Below, piece after piece: positions 1 through 12,559 of a stretch of 32,703 nt of DNA (its first letter is position 1; each line of letters opens with the position of its first letter). The notes beneath the pieces were generated by a model. It saw nothing but the letters and a program-made list of their open reading frames with translations, made no database searches and was not told the origin of the DNA. The position numbers and the translations under genes were made by a program. Source of the stretch: Sphaeroforma arctica JP610 (Eukaryota); NCBI RefSeq assembly GCF_001186125.1, contig NW_014040484.1:63057-95759 (forward strand). The letters are read 5' to 3'.

Positions 1-31
1 TGTGTGTGTGTGTATGTGTGTGTGTGTGTGC

Positions 32-70
<39 letters not shown>

Positions 71-71
71 A
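1..71. repeat. (TG)n then (TA)n microsatellite
   Basis: Directly visible dinucleotide runs. Confidence 0.95.
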
Positions 72-344
72 TAATACATACTTGAGTTTTGTGTATATAT
101 ATATACCGCTAGCAACGTTCTTTCACGTACATTGACACGCCTGTATATTTACATGATGTACATGGAGTCCATTCAAAACTCCACAATTGTTTTTATGTTG
201 ACTCAATATCGCAGCAAGTATTACATGTAGAAAGATCGACAAATCGACTACATAAAGCGGTAATGTGAACAGGATACATATACGCTTTGAACAGTCTCTT
301 ATATCTGAACATGCGTGAACGTCAATTAAATGTCAATGTCTAGG

Positions 345-548
345 TAGAATATTGTGTCAAAATTATGACATTCGTCCAGCCATTTGTATTGTATGCCGTG
401 AAGTATGAGCACAACAAAACACTTGCATTGTGTATGCTAGATATATTAGAATATTGTGTCAACGTTATGACATTCGTCCAGCCATTTGTAATGTATGCCG
501 TGAAGTATGAGCACAACAAAACACTTGCATTGTGTATGCTAGATATAT
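345..548. repeat. Tandem duplication, 102-bp unit x2
   Basis: TAGAATATTGTGTCAA...GCTAGATATAT starts at 345 and again at 447, nearly identical. It explains the repeated peptides in ORFs 340..588 and 365..601. Confidence 0.9.
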
Positions 549-2225
549 GGATAACTACTAAGAATGTGGTACATGGGGATCCCCACACGGCTGAAAACTA
601 GTTGTACGCAACTGAATACACACATGATTATATGTAACAAGACATTCTCTGCACAATATGCTTATACTACTCCTTGTCCTGTAGATGGGAAATTGAACTA
701 GGTATGCCGACCTCAAAAGTCGTGATATAACATGCTGTTACAGGACAGGACATATCTAAAGGAATCAAGTTCGTACAGATGCTATACAGAGGAAGTACTT
801 ATATATTTCAAAAGCGGCCGACTTACATCACTCATTTTGGAAAAATTCTGCTTGTTGACTTCTCGAGATATTGGTCACCTGTGCTTCTATCCTATTACCA
901 TGACTCCGCACCTTATCCTGCGCTTTCTGCCGTATCTATATATCTATGTGTATATTCTTATACACATACATATATACGGTCAATAAGCTCTACTTCTGCG
1001 AATTATGGTATCAATCCACAGTTTGGATGTCAACTTTCTCGATTCTGTTAATAGTAGATTGAACCAAACTCGCACTACTACTGTAGTCGTATTATGTTTA
1101 GGTGGTGGGATCATAGCAGCTGTGAATATTTGATATATTGTTTGTTATCAATTTCTGATTCTCTCTCTCCAGCAGGCTCCCCAGTGAGTCCAGTCTCGAC
1201 TCTCTCCTCTCTCGACAAAGGCTTCTTTTCTCTCCAAAAACTTTGTATGGCATAAACTGGGTTTATTCTAAGGGGTAAGGTTTTTGAAGAAGAAAAATAC
1301 GTACTGGTTTTACTTTTTTATTTCTGTAAATACAGTGAGCATTTCAGTTGCTAAAGAATGATAGGGTATAAATCATAGCTTCCTTAAAAAAGAACAAATC
1401 TCTGTGTCCAACAGCTTTTTTTTGTTGCTATTTGTTTTCAGAAAAATATTCTGAATAATCAGCTCCGAAATAGCCCGACCCAAAACATAATCAAGACTAA
1501 ACAGTAGGTATTTTTTTTTAAAGGTCCAGGACTTCAGGCTTTATATCCAAAAATTGGGTCCCGAGTTTTGAGCCAAATTTGGCTTACGCGATCCATGACG
1601 TTGTTCAGACTGCTAGTAGTAGAGGAAAAAGTCAAAAAGCCAATATTTATCATTAATTATTTTATATCGAAATTCTGGATTTGGCTACAAAATTCATCTT
1701 CGAATCCGCGAATCAGATTTACTCTTTCTGCAATGATTTTTTAGAGCGGTTGTTTTTTTTTTTAAACAAAAATACCCCGTATGTATGTAAAATTGTAAAT
1801 AAATATGTACCCCATGTTTCATGACCCACACGAGAAGACTACGAGTTAAGAATGGCCCTCTGGATTAGGGTCTGCAAAACCGAGTGGACTGGAGAGTCTC
1901 TTTGAGTCTAGAGAGTAGTCTTGACACTATGTAGCACCTTTTTTACGCCGAGAATTCTTGAATACAGGTGCATTATTGAGGTAGATGAGCATACCGGATT
2001 GCGATGTGCGGGTAAGTGGACATGTCGCCCAGTTCGAATCCGCGCGCCACGAAGGCAACAGCAACACGATCTTTTTTTAGGTTTAGAGGCGGGCGGTATC
2101 TAATACAGTGCGTCTTAGTTGTATCAAGATAAAGAGGTATTCATTCATTCCAGAGCTTCTGTAGTAAATTAGGTGATTTACCCAAGAACGTGTGAACTAG
2201 CGACCTTTCCAACTCTGTAGTAGAC

Positions 2226-2984
2226 TGTAACTTTCGGTCTATCAAGGCGATATTAACGCCTTAAGAGTAATTAAACGCTTAGGTTAAGTCTAAGTATTGT
2301 TAAATTCGAAATAAATAAACGAAAAATGTCTTGTAGTAAAGTTATGTATGCCTCGTGAAAACAGCAATACTCTGAGGGATTGTGAGGCTGAGACATTGCC
2401 TATATATAATCCTCTCAGTACTGTTTTCGCCGAAGGGATTTTATTTAATGTTTCGTCTATTAGAATCTATGGCATGTTTCGTTGGGGCGAATCCGAGAGA
2501 CTCATAAAAACCTATCTTTAGAAAAAAAAGAATAGAAAAAATAAAAAATACTCTTGATGTCCATAGTTAGTGCATTAACCAATAACTTGCCACTTATCAA
2601 GAATTACCGACTTAGCCTTCATCAGACTGGCACATCTGGTTGGCTGAACGGAGGATAAACTAGATACCGTTAATAGTCCTTAGAAACCTATGTTCGGTTG
2701 AGCCATCTCGCTACCTAAGTATTCAGATATGAATTAATTTGGAAAGTAAATATAGTTCTATTAATAGAACTAGACCAAATCTAATGTTTGGTATTTTACT
2801 GGGGCCTTTTAATGGCCTTGTCCAAATATCTGATATGTAAAATGGAAAAGGTATTAATTAATGAAACCGTTAAAACCCATTTAGGAAACTAAAGTTCCTA
2901 GTACTATTAAGTGTACGTTTATAGTTTACGTACAGCTTAAGAGTACGTTTATAACATAGAGTCTATTGTGGAGGCCCGGCTTAA
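2226..2984 (-). mobile_element. Family-B LTR copy (solo or relic), ~760 bp
   Basis: Starts TGTAACTTTCGGTCTA and is colinear with the LTR at 22230-22920 (e.g. GGCTGAGACATTGCCTATATA, CTTGCCACTTATCAAG, AAAACCCATTT). Strand is given relative to the sense of the family-B element. Confidence 0.75.
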
Positions 2985-2986
2985 CC

Positions 2987-3121
2987 AATCCGGCTCTGTG
3001 CTATGATTGTAACGAATACGTACATGTTCACATTGCTCGACTACCACACCTACGGCTGTCTCTGCCCTGTCGGCCCCGGTAGCCACAAGTTCACTACCAG
3101 CCACTTTACCTGCACCCAACA
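2987..3121 (+). mobile_element. Short fragment of the LINE-like family, inverted relative to 3762-3842
   Basis: ATCCGGCTCTGTGC.ATGATTGTAACGAAT and CCCGGTAGCCACAAGTTCACTACCAGCCACTTTACCTGCACCCAACA are the reverse complement of 3762-3842, with ~55 extra bases between the two blocks. Confidence 0.65.
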
Positions 3122-3126
3122 GGAGA

Positions 3127-3263
3127 CTTAGGTTCCTCGAACTATTAAGAGTACATTTAGGAAACTTAAGTTCCTCGAACTATTAAGAGTACGGATATAA
3201 TTTGTGCACTGCTTAAGAGTGCGTTTATACATATAGTCTAATGTGGAGGCCCGGCTTATTACA
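3127..3263 (-). mobile_element. Family-B LTR terminal fragment with a short internal duplication
   Basis: Matches 2880-2984. GTTCCTCGAACTATTAAGAGTAC occurs twice. Ends GTGGAGGCCCGGCTTATTACA, which reads TGTAATAAG... on the - strand, a TG LTR start. Confidence 0.6.
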
Positions 3264-3272
3264 CGACAACCG

Positions 3273-4384
3273 TCAAGCTAAAGGCCCCATAAGCAGTATG
3301 TGACAAGCGTGCCAATAAAGACTAAGTAGAGTACCCACCTCTGTGATACGGATCGGGTCTGCGCCGTGTAGTGCCGCGGAATGGGCTAGTGCAGAGTACG
3401 AAATACCGAGAAGGACCAGGTTATCCGTCATAATCCGGTCGAGAAGCGAGGATGGGGGTAAGCCATTGCCGCACCAGACCACGGATGAATTCGGTATGTG
3501 TTGGCTGGTNNNNNNNNNNNNNNNNNNNNGATATTTGGAAGTAAGTATTTCAACAGCGTGATTAGCCGGGGTATGGGGAACATCTGTTGATGTGTCAGGG
3601 ACGGGTGAGGGTACGGTGGTTTTTAAACATGCTGGAGAAAAGATCCAAGGTGTTCGTGGAGGGTTCAGATACCGTGGAAGTCGTGGCACTCCTGTAATTG
3701 CTGAAGAAGGTCAGGGCCAATGGGCGGCAGTTTCGGGCCTACCAGGATGCGCCGAATCAGTTGTTGGGTGCAGGTAAAGTGGCTGGTAGTGAACTTGTGG
3801 CTACCGGGTCATTCGTTACAATCATGGCACAGAGCCGGATTTGTGTAGGCTCGAAGCAGCGATTGAAGCTGTCTTGTCTGGCTGTGTCTCGGTTTGAGGT
3901 TGGCGGCTCACCCATAACCAGTTGGTAGTAGTATTGGCGCCGGGCCATTGCCGCGATCTCCTTGTTGAACCAACGATTTGTTGAGTTCTTCCTGATGTCG
4001 TCACAGCGTTGGCGGAGGGCTACATGGTCGGGTGTACGCCCGCCCGTGGTTTTGTGTACAGTTTTCAGGTGATCATAGATACTGTACGGGAAGCGCAGTG
4101 ATGGTTTATCGTGGGCCCAGGCGGGTTGCGTCAGAGGGGTAAGTAGATTTGTGCTTGCCAGTGAGTCGAGTTGTATTCCCAGGCAACCTCCGAGGTAATC
4201 CGCGAATGGTCGCGCGGGGAGCAGGCCGCAAAAGTGAAGTAAGTTTATTTGATATTTTGGAAACCGAGGGTATTTAGTGCCCGTGATGATGGCTGCTGCT
4301 TGGATGAGTGCTGAATTAAAGCGCTCGAATATGGGGTCCAATGCATCCTTCCATATAGGCGGAGCCCAGGCAATAATGTTCAGC
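3273..4384 (-). mobile_element. Probable non-LTR retrotransposon (LINE) ORF2 C-terminal fragment; spans the N gap at 3510-3529
   Basis: ORF 3757..4431 contains IIAWAPPIWKDALDPIFERFNSALIQAAAIITG...CGLLP, resembling the post-RT thumb region of LINE ORF2 (W...L.R....AAR.ITG...GL.P). ORF 3273..3689 is homologous to ORF 5357..5686. Confidence 0.5.
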
Positions 4385-4713
4385 CTTGATAGTGGCAAGT
4401 TATTGGTTAAGACAATAACTAATGACGTCAAGAGTATTTTTATTTTTATTTCTTTTTTTCTAAAGATAGGATTTTATGAGTCTCTCGGATTCGCCCCAGA
4501 ATAGAGCGCCAACGAAACACTAAATAAAATCCCTTCGGCGGAAACAGTACTGAGAGGATTATATATAGGCAATGTCTCAGCTTCACAATCCCTCAGAGTA
4601 TTGCTGTTTTCACGAGGCAAACCTAACTTTATTAAACGTCACACTATAGAATTTACCTACGCGTTTATTTATTATAAGGCATTAGTATCGCCTTTATTAG
4701 ACCGAATCTTACA
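4385..4713 (+). mobile_element. Family-B LTR, 3' half, inverted relative to 2226-2600
   Basis: Reverse complement of 2226-2600. Contains TATATATAGGCAATGTCTCAGC and ends GACCGAATCTTACA. Confidence 0.75.
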
Positions 4714-5034
4714 GTCGTAGGTTGGAGATCAAGCTGTGCAATCCCGATTCTTATGGTTTTAAATACCAAAATGAACTTATTAACACACTCACTCACTAGC
4801 ATCGTGGTTTCTTAACCAGCAGACAAGGAATGGTGAATGGCCAGGAGGCAGGATAGTACGGTTACAATGGTCTGAGTGCTATGTTTGTGGGAGTGACAGT
4901 CGTTCTCAAGACGGTTAATTCGCTTGAGTTATAAGTTGCTGGATTGTGGTGTCAGTATGTGAGAGAGTTTCTTGTAAAGAAATTACCCTGGGTGAAGATT
5001 TAGGACCGGACCAGAGGGCCCGACATCTTGGTAA

Positions 5035-5706
5035 TCCCAAAACTGCCTCTCATTGGCCTTAACCTCCTCCAGAAATTACAAGAGCGCCACGACGTCCACG
5101 TTATCTGGACCCTCCACGAACACTTTGGATCCTTTCCACAGCATGTAGAACAACCTCGTACCCACACCCGTTGTCTCTGACACCTCAACAAATGTTCCTC
5201 ATACTCCGACTGATCACGCTGTTGAAGTGCTACTTCCAAATTTCGGTCCAAACCAAGTCATCGCACCTGTTGGTTTCGTCTATGATACTTCCGATCCAGG
5301 CCAACCAGCACATACCGAGGCAGCATTGTCTGGTGCGGCATTAATTCACCCTAACCTTGTTCCTCAGCCGAATTATGTCGGATAACCTGGTCCTACTCGA
5401 CATTTCGTACTCTGCACTAACCCACTCCACCGCACTACACGGTGCAGACCTGATCCGTACCACAAAGGTGGGTACGCTATTTAGTAGGCCAGCAAGCGTA
5501 TATGTGGCACACTCGATGGTGTCAGATTTTTGTCAGCACCGGCCTGAATTGACCCAGCGCATATCCTCCATCGATGACTCACTTGGCCCAAGCTTCAAAC
5601 GGGAATTTACTGACCACTTCTTCTCATCGATCTTCCTTGAACCACTACAACTGCTACGAGAACCACACCATGTGTACATACATTGAAACTTATCTCCTTT
5701 GAAATA
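5035..5706 (+). mobile_element. 3' end of the same LINE-like family
   Basis: RIMSDNLVLLDISYSALTHSTALHGADLIRTTKVGTL (5357..5686) matches RIMTDNLVLLGISYSALAHSAALHGADPIRITEVGTL (3273..3689). The 3' part matches 9444-9636, which ends in a (TAAA)n tail. Confidence 0.55.
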
Positions 5707-5786
5707 TTAGTATTATCCCTATAAGTAGAGTTTTAGGACCAGACCATAGAACCAGACCTAGTAGAATATTTCAGGACCGGACTATG

Positions 5787-6120
5787 TGTAGCATCTAGGG
5801 ACCCCAGATTATCAAAAAGCGAATCCAAATTCCAAACCCTCAGAGTCATCAAATATTGACTTTTGGAATTAGGATTCAAATATTCCTGATCTTAGAGTCA
5901 TCAGAAATATTAGCGGCAGAACAGGTGAGCTATACCGGAACACTGCGTGTGAGAGAAACACTCAAGTAGAAAACTTGAGTCTAGTGAATTAGCAAACACA
6001 AATAAGACACAGTTCAGTTCTCTCAGACGAGGGACTTTTCCTAGCTGAGATAATCGTACTTGATAAGAGGTATATTGTATCCCTTGACACGTATCTTTCA
6101 GCTACTCTCTATGCTCGACA
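5787..6120 (+). repeat. 5' LTR of the family-A element
   Basis: TGTAGCATCTAGGGACC...CTCTCTATGCTCGACA (TG...CA). Homologous to 14704-14995 and 24958-25266. Confidence 0.92.
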
Positions 6121-6723
6121 TTTTTTACTATATTCTTACTGAGATAAGTAAAAACAAACTCACGTAGTATTGCCAAACTATAAGTGAGAAATCAAAATAG
6201 TTGTCAGGGGTCTGGATAACGCTACTTTATTGCAAAAATTTAAGTAATAAGAAGATTAGGTGCTAAGACGAGACAGGACCAAGGATGTACCGGTTGATAA
6301 ATATTATCCGGCTCACGGGAAGCTAGAAGAAAGGAAGAAGAGTAAGCCAGAAGGAGACGCTCTCTCGCACTAAAACGACGAAGGAGCACAATAGGATAAC
6401 GTTTCAAAAGTGTTGTGTGAACAAAGGGGAAGAAATCCCCCCAAGTGTCAAGGTGATAGAATTATCAATGTTGGGGATGGTTACAAAAGCGTGAAAATTA
6501 TGATTTAAAAATGTCACTTTGATTTCGTACAAGAAAATTCATAAGAATAGAGCACGGTGCATTCACGCGGTATCAAGTAAGCCCAAATAGACCTATGTGA
6601 CTGGGACGGTAGCCAAGAATCTCGAGCACATATTCACAGGATAAAATATCTAGATATACTAGCTCGATTCTCAGGCAAGCAATATCAGAGACCACTTACC
6701 ACAACAGCTGAAATATATAGCTG

Positions 6724-7001
6724 GGAACATCTATGTACCTCATGAGAAGAGGATTACATTAGTAAGCATTCAATCTTGTAAACAACCAGACGAATCAATC
6801 TAGTCAATAGTATAATATGCAAGTGACCTGAGAGGACAACTACCACGAACAAACTAGGCATAGGAACATCTATGTACCTCATGACAAGAGGAGTTCATTA
6901 GAAAGTATTCAATCTTGTAAACAACCAGACGAATCAATCTAGTCAATAGTGTAATCCACAGGTGACTTGAGAGGTCAACTACCACGAACATACTAGACAT
7001 A
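6724..7001 (+). repeat. Tandem duplication, 139-bp unit x2, in the element's 5' leader
   Basis: GGAACATCTATGTACCTCATGA at 6724 and 6863, colinear through AACTACCACGAACA. Confidence 0.88.
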
Positions 7002-7829
7002 GACAAGACTAAGGCCTACCAGCAACAAATACGAGTTCGGGGGCAAATCTTTGAACACTATAGAAGTTCCTAGAGAACGAAATTAGCACATCAAATGCGA
7101 TAACAACTAACAATAGGAAATCAAGGTAACATTAACATATGTAGTCTGAGTTAGGACAATTACAAATGGTAGGACGGAAGAAACACGTCCAAGCACAGGA
7201 GCAATAACTATTCAAGAGCCAAGGACTCAGAAAACGGCACGTAACATCAAATCTGGCGAAATCATTGCCAGAACAAGAACAAAATTACTAAGATCACAAG
7301 ATTAATAATAAGTTAAACCAACACTAGTATTCAAGAAGACGATACACAAACAAAAATTACAATTATCATACAGAAGTTTAAAAAGAATCAATGATATATA
7401 CGATCAGCTTTAGACAGGCATATATGAGATCGAAATTAGATTCCATGGGTCACGTGCACACTAACATCTAGCAGAAGAGCCACATAGTAAAGTTATTATA
7501 AGGCTCACGCACCAACAAATAGTAATCAAAGAGAGTTTAAGTATCGAGTATAACTAGTCCAGAAACAGATAACCCAAAAACAACTTTCATGATGCAAATA
7601 GCATCAAATACATGAATGCGGGAAGTCAAACGGATCGAAGTGACACAAATACGCTGACACCATAACCAAGCATACACATTAGCAATACGCACATGTACCC
7701 CACATGCACAAGAATGAAAAGATTTAAGAAACAGTTCGTTTAATTCGACCACACAAGAGCAATTAGCTCAACATTGTGCAATACACATAAGAGATCACAA
7801 CCAAAAGGACTATGAGTTCAAGGAAGTGA

Positions 7830-8141
7830 AAATCTTAGGCAATCACATTTTCCAGAGAACGAGGAAAGCAAGGTTAAGGAATTATACGAGGCATAAGTAC
7901 ATCTAAGTATCAAGAATACATGTACTTCGTAAGAATAGTTCATAAACAATCACATCAGGAGTTGAGCAAGATAGAACACAACGAAATCTTGGGCAATCAC
8001 AAGTTCCACAGAACGAGGAAAGCAAGGATAAGGAATTATACGAGGCACAAGTACAACTAAGTATCAAGAATACACGAACATCGTAATAATAATTCATAAA
8101 CAATCACATCAAGACACACACTTGAGTAAGATTGAACACAA
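7830..8141 (+). repeat. Tandem duplication, ~154-bp unit x2, in the element's 5' leader
   Basis: AAATCTT.GGCAATCACA...GAACGAGGAAAGCAAGG...AAGTATCAAGAATACA...TTCATAAACAATCACATCA at 7830 and 7984. Confidence 0.88.
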
Positions 8142-8907
8142 AACCTGCCAACACAGACACAGAATGAGAGTGACATAGATAAAAGGCTGTCAGAACGATC
8201 AGTTTAGACCAAAAAATAACGGATACAAACCATCTCACACTTGTAGTTTAATACAGAACAAACATCGAGTGAGTTCAATAATAAGACCAGCACAAGTAAT
8301 TCAATCCGAGACTAAGAACAAGGGTACAGTTAAGGCCTGAAAGACGAAGGCGAGAACATCACCAGCGTGTATCACAACGTGGCACCGCACGACAATCAAG
8401 CAATTACTGGGAACATATCAGGTACATACTGTAAACGCAGTTCGTGACATGACAGATGATCTTATCACCAACACAGTTCGACATAGAACCGACCATAACA
8501 GGTGACATCACCATCAAACCAGTTTGGTACAGGACCAAACATCAAGAGGTGACGTCAACATGACCGAACATCTCATTGAGATCACATGGGAAAATAATTA
8601 TCATAGGACGAAATAAACACAAGTCTACATATGACGGAATACGCTTGACTAACAAACACCAAATTAACCCTCCCAATCACAGGAAGGAACGCAACAAGCT
8701 ATCGTGCCACACAGGACGGTAAAAACTTTACACGGAAGTGCAGCAAAGCGAGACCACACTAACAGTAAGTAAAACAACTTCAAATTTTATTTATTTTATA
8801 TTAATCATTAGCAAAGACAAGGGGGGTAAACCGCGCATTCGCACAGAATATTGCCTGGGTCTTTACGTATCACCTGCAATACCCACACACCAGTACAGAC
8901 ACTTCAA

Positions 8908-10450
8908 GATGCCAACAGCAACCAGAGGAGGGGTGTATAGGGCTAACGAAAGTGGTGTGGGTACGGATGGGGCAAGTAGTAGCCCGGTAGGGGGGGCAAG
9001 CCCTGGCAGTAGCTCAAGTCAGCCTACACCAGGGGGGGGATGTCCATACTAGCTTCAGCAATGCGTTTATAAATAGACAAGAGCATCTGTCAAGGCACCC
9101 ACGTCCTGGTTAGTAGATTTTTTTCCAAATTGTAACAGACTGCACCGGTGCCTATAGCCACTCTACACAAACAGTCAGAGCGACGAATGCCAATCGTCGA
9201 CACAGTACTCAGAAGACGATATGATTTAGCAATTAATGAGTGTGGTAACGATGAAGAAGATAAACTTATCCAAATCAGTCAGTATATCAGTGAGTTATAA
9301 CTCTTGCGTTCACGCTTAGACAATAAGATAAATGAACCTGCACTTTCGAAACTACTAGAGATCTCATAATTTCCGAAGCTACCTAATAATAGTTACTTTA
9401 AAATGAAAAATCATGAAGACATTATAGAGTTCACTACGGCAAGACCGGCCCGAATTGACTCAGCGCATATCCTCCATCGTCGACTCACTTGGCCCAAGCT
9501 TCAAACGGGAATTCACTGACCACTTCTTCCCATCGATATTTCCCGAACCACTACAACGGCTATGAGAGCCATGCCATATGTCCATACATTATAACATACA
9601 TACATTGTAACTTATCTTTTTAAATAAATAAATAATGTTTTCCCTGTTCTTAGCCCCAAGTCTATGCCACTGTGTCAGTACCCAACACTAGCGAGATATC
9701 TATTGGACTCCAGTGATGCAACGGAGAAGACCAAGGCAGTGCTCATTGATTTACGAGACTCTGAAACACAGATGACCAAGCATTGTAAAGATCCTGAACA
9801 ATTCAATAGAATCATTATCGATAGACTCAGACACCATCCAGTAGACTAACTGTTAGAGAAATTTCTCAATGACATGCAGAATAAGACAGTGAATGTAGAG
9901 GTGCGCACAAAGCGATTGCATACAGCACTGTACGTGTTAAAGGAACGTTACCTCAACTCGGGACAAAGAGCCTATACACTTGCAAATCGTCAAGGTCGTA
10001 AAATACCAAGCACTTACGTACTATGGACAACAGAAGAAAGTAGACACCATCATCAAGGCAGACAAACATCCTGATGGAGGTGAAGGCCATTTATCCGATA
10101 TAAAACATATGTTTCACTCTCTCACTTAAGCAACCATAAGAGCAGCAGCCAAGGTGCAGGCAGATCGGTTGTATAGAGAGTGCAAGCGACACAGCTCGCA
10201 GACATCCAGTCAAAGCCAGTCTCAGAGTAGCACAACCACTACGACCAAACAACACAAACCGGACAACGGTGCACCTAAGCAAATCAAACCGAAAGGGGCG
10301 CGCGAGGAGCGCATGTTCTTATTGCAAGGTGATGCCATACTCACATCGTTTCGAATCAGGCCAAGCAGGCTGAAGAGCGTGTCAAGTACAAGATTATTTA
10401 TTACCTCCGGCAAGGTAGAAGACATCACAGATGGTGATGAACACTGAAAC
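8908..10450 (+). pseudogene. Decayed gag of the family-A element, interrupted by a LINE fragment
   Basis: Broken ORFs (MPTATRGG..., 9664..9849, 9874..10074, 10154..10447) lie directly upstream of the protease. There are possible degenerate Cys/His knuckles near 10105-10210. The call is mainly positional. Confidence 0.55.
9444..9636 (+). mobile_element. 5'-truncated LINE-like insertion nested in gag
   Basis: Highly similar to 5538-5706 and ends in TAAATAAATAAATAA. No TSD could be identified. Confidence 0.7.
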
Positions 10451-11110
10451 AACAGGTGGGCGGACGCAAACATGATTGACCTGGCTGACAGGCTTAATGT
10501 AAGTACAGATGAAGAACCGTTGTTAATAAATGCAAATGATATAGATTACCAACCTTTATCCTTACTTCCCGCATCATGAGACCTAAGATTACACATTGAC
10601 ATCAATACACTAGTAGACTTTGGCGCGCAACGTTCATGTATGGACAGGAGTATAGTAGCTGAACTATGCATCTCTGTCAGAGCACAACCGGGCTATATAC
10701 AACTAGCACAAACATATGCCAGAATACAAAGAACAGGGTCAACCCAAGTATGTGACATTAATTATGGAGGAAGACAATCCTCTCAGTGTTTTGAAGTGTT
10801 GGACCTACCAGACAAGAAGGCACCAATACTTCTCGGTATGGACATTTTACCATACGTAGGTATATACATAGCAGGATTAATCAATTCACTTATACCAACA
10901 GTTGGAAAATGGGAATCACTTCTCACGCCACATGGAAAAGATCCTGAGCACGAACAAGAAGGATTCAGAGAGTCACTTGCAAATCTCTTAGATATCAATG
11001 CGAACATACCTCCTATCGTACATTGCAACCTACCGGGCTCCACAGTCACAGTACCTGCGGATGAAATAAATGTCCGACAAACGAGGCACGCCAAAATCAA
11101 CTTCGTACCT

Positions 11111-11289
11111 CACAAGTATATCCCGCAAACGGATGAAAACGTAGAAAAGTGACTTACAGATGGTCACATATAAAAACGAACCACACCGACAACGGTGAAC
11201 ACAAGTATATCCCGCAAACGGATGAAAACGTAGAAAAGTGACTTACAGATGGTCACATATAAAAACGAACCACACCGACAACGGTGAAC
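11111..11289 (+). repeat. Exact 89-bp tandem duplication inside pol
   Basis: CACAAGTATATCCCGCAAACGG...ACAACGGTGAAC at 11111 and 11200. Confidence 0.92.
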
Positions 11290-12559
11290 CTACCATTGCT
11301 ATCAACAGCTGAATATGACCAAACAGGTCTTCTCAAGAAATTAAGAACATTTTTAGACTTACGAGAGATCAACTACCAATATGAACAAGATAAACTCGTG
11401 CTATCAATAGTAAAGGAAGTAATACACAGCCTATAAGGAGCACAATTCTTCTCAAAGTTAGATCTCACATGATAGTTCCACCATTTCCTAGTAGACGAAG
11501 CAGGCCAGCACTTCTTCACGTTCTCGTGGAGAGGAGCGCAATACTCATTCAAGTCAGCGCCGTTTAGCCTACGCTCACTCACAGCACAATTCCAACGAGT
11601 CATGACAAACTTGCTCATAGACATCAAAGGTGTGCAAGTTTTTGTAGATGACATAGTCAGTGCGAGTCTTATTTAAGAGGAACACCGCAAGACAGTTTGT
11701 GAAGTAATCAAGCGACTGAATGGAGCAAACTTCCGACTCGATCACAACATGTGTGCCTTCGCGGTCAAAGTGGTCAACATCCTAGGGGTGAAAGTCACCA
11801 CACAAAAACTCAAAGCGGATCCTGAGAAACAAAAAGGGATGATGGACTGGTCACAACCCAGAACAAAAAGAGATTTACACAAAGCGGTGGGACTCGCGAA
11901 TTATATGCGTGACCATGTCCCCAACTTTGTCCACACAATTAACACTTCCGGAACCTAATAAAAGAGAAAATGAACCGCATGCTTTGGACTCTGGAACTCA
12001 AAAAGAAGTGGGAAGAATTCAAAGAAGCCATCGCATATTCGTCGACACCAGCATACCCTGATGATAGGGTATCGTTTCAAGTCATGAATGATGCTAGTGA
12101 CTATGGCATAGGACGATGCTTATTTCAAGTCATCGATGGGGTTAGGAGAGATATTCTCTACTTTTTCAAAGGCTTGAATCCAGCACAACAACGCTATGGC
12201 ACAAATACTAAGAAGCTACTAGCACTGGTATACAGCCTGGAACATTTCTCCAAATACATCAAAGGAGGGGACAGAACACTGTGGACAGATCATAAAGCGA
12301 TCACGCAAATGAACAGTCAACAGACGTTACGCCGAATACTAGCCAAATGAATAGCGAAAACATCCCACCACCATTTCTCCATCATACACGTCCCAGCAAG
12401 GACAACCAGATGGCAGATTTGTTGTCACGTCTACACGAAGACACGTTTGATACTAAAACATCCGAGGTATTAAAAAACGCGAACAAAACAACACCTAACA
12501 GCCAAGAGTACCTAACCTTGGAGACTAACATGCCCATAACTGAACCATATCAGAAGTTA

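Noticed and set aside
1160..1926. Possible MITE bounded by CTCTC/GAGAG and TCCAGTC/GACTGGA-rich ends
   Set aside because: The inverted similarity is short and low-complexity, with no definable TIR or TSD.
1990..2080. GTTCGAATCC B-box-like motif followed by CCA and a T7 run; possible tRNA or SINE
   Set aside because: The T stem does not pair (CCCAG/CCGCG), and no A box or cloverleaf can be built.
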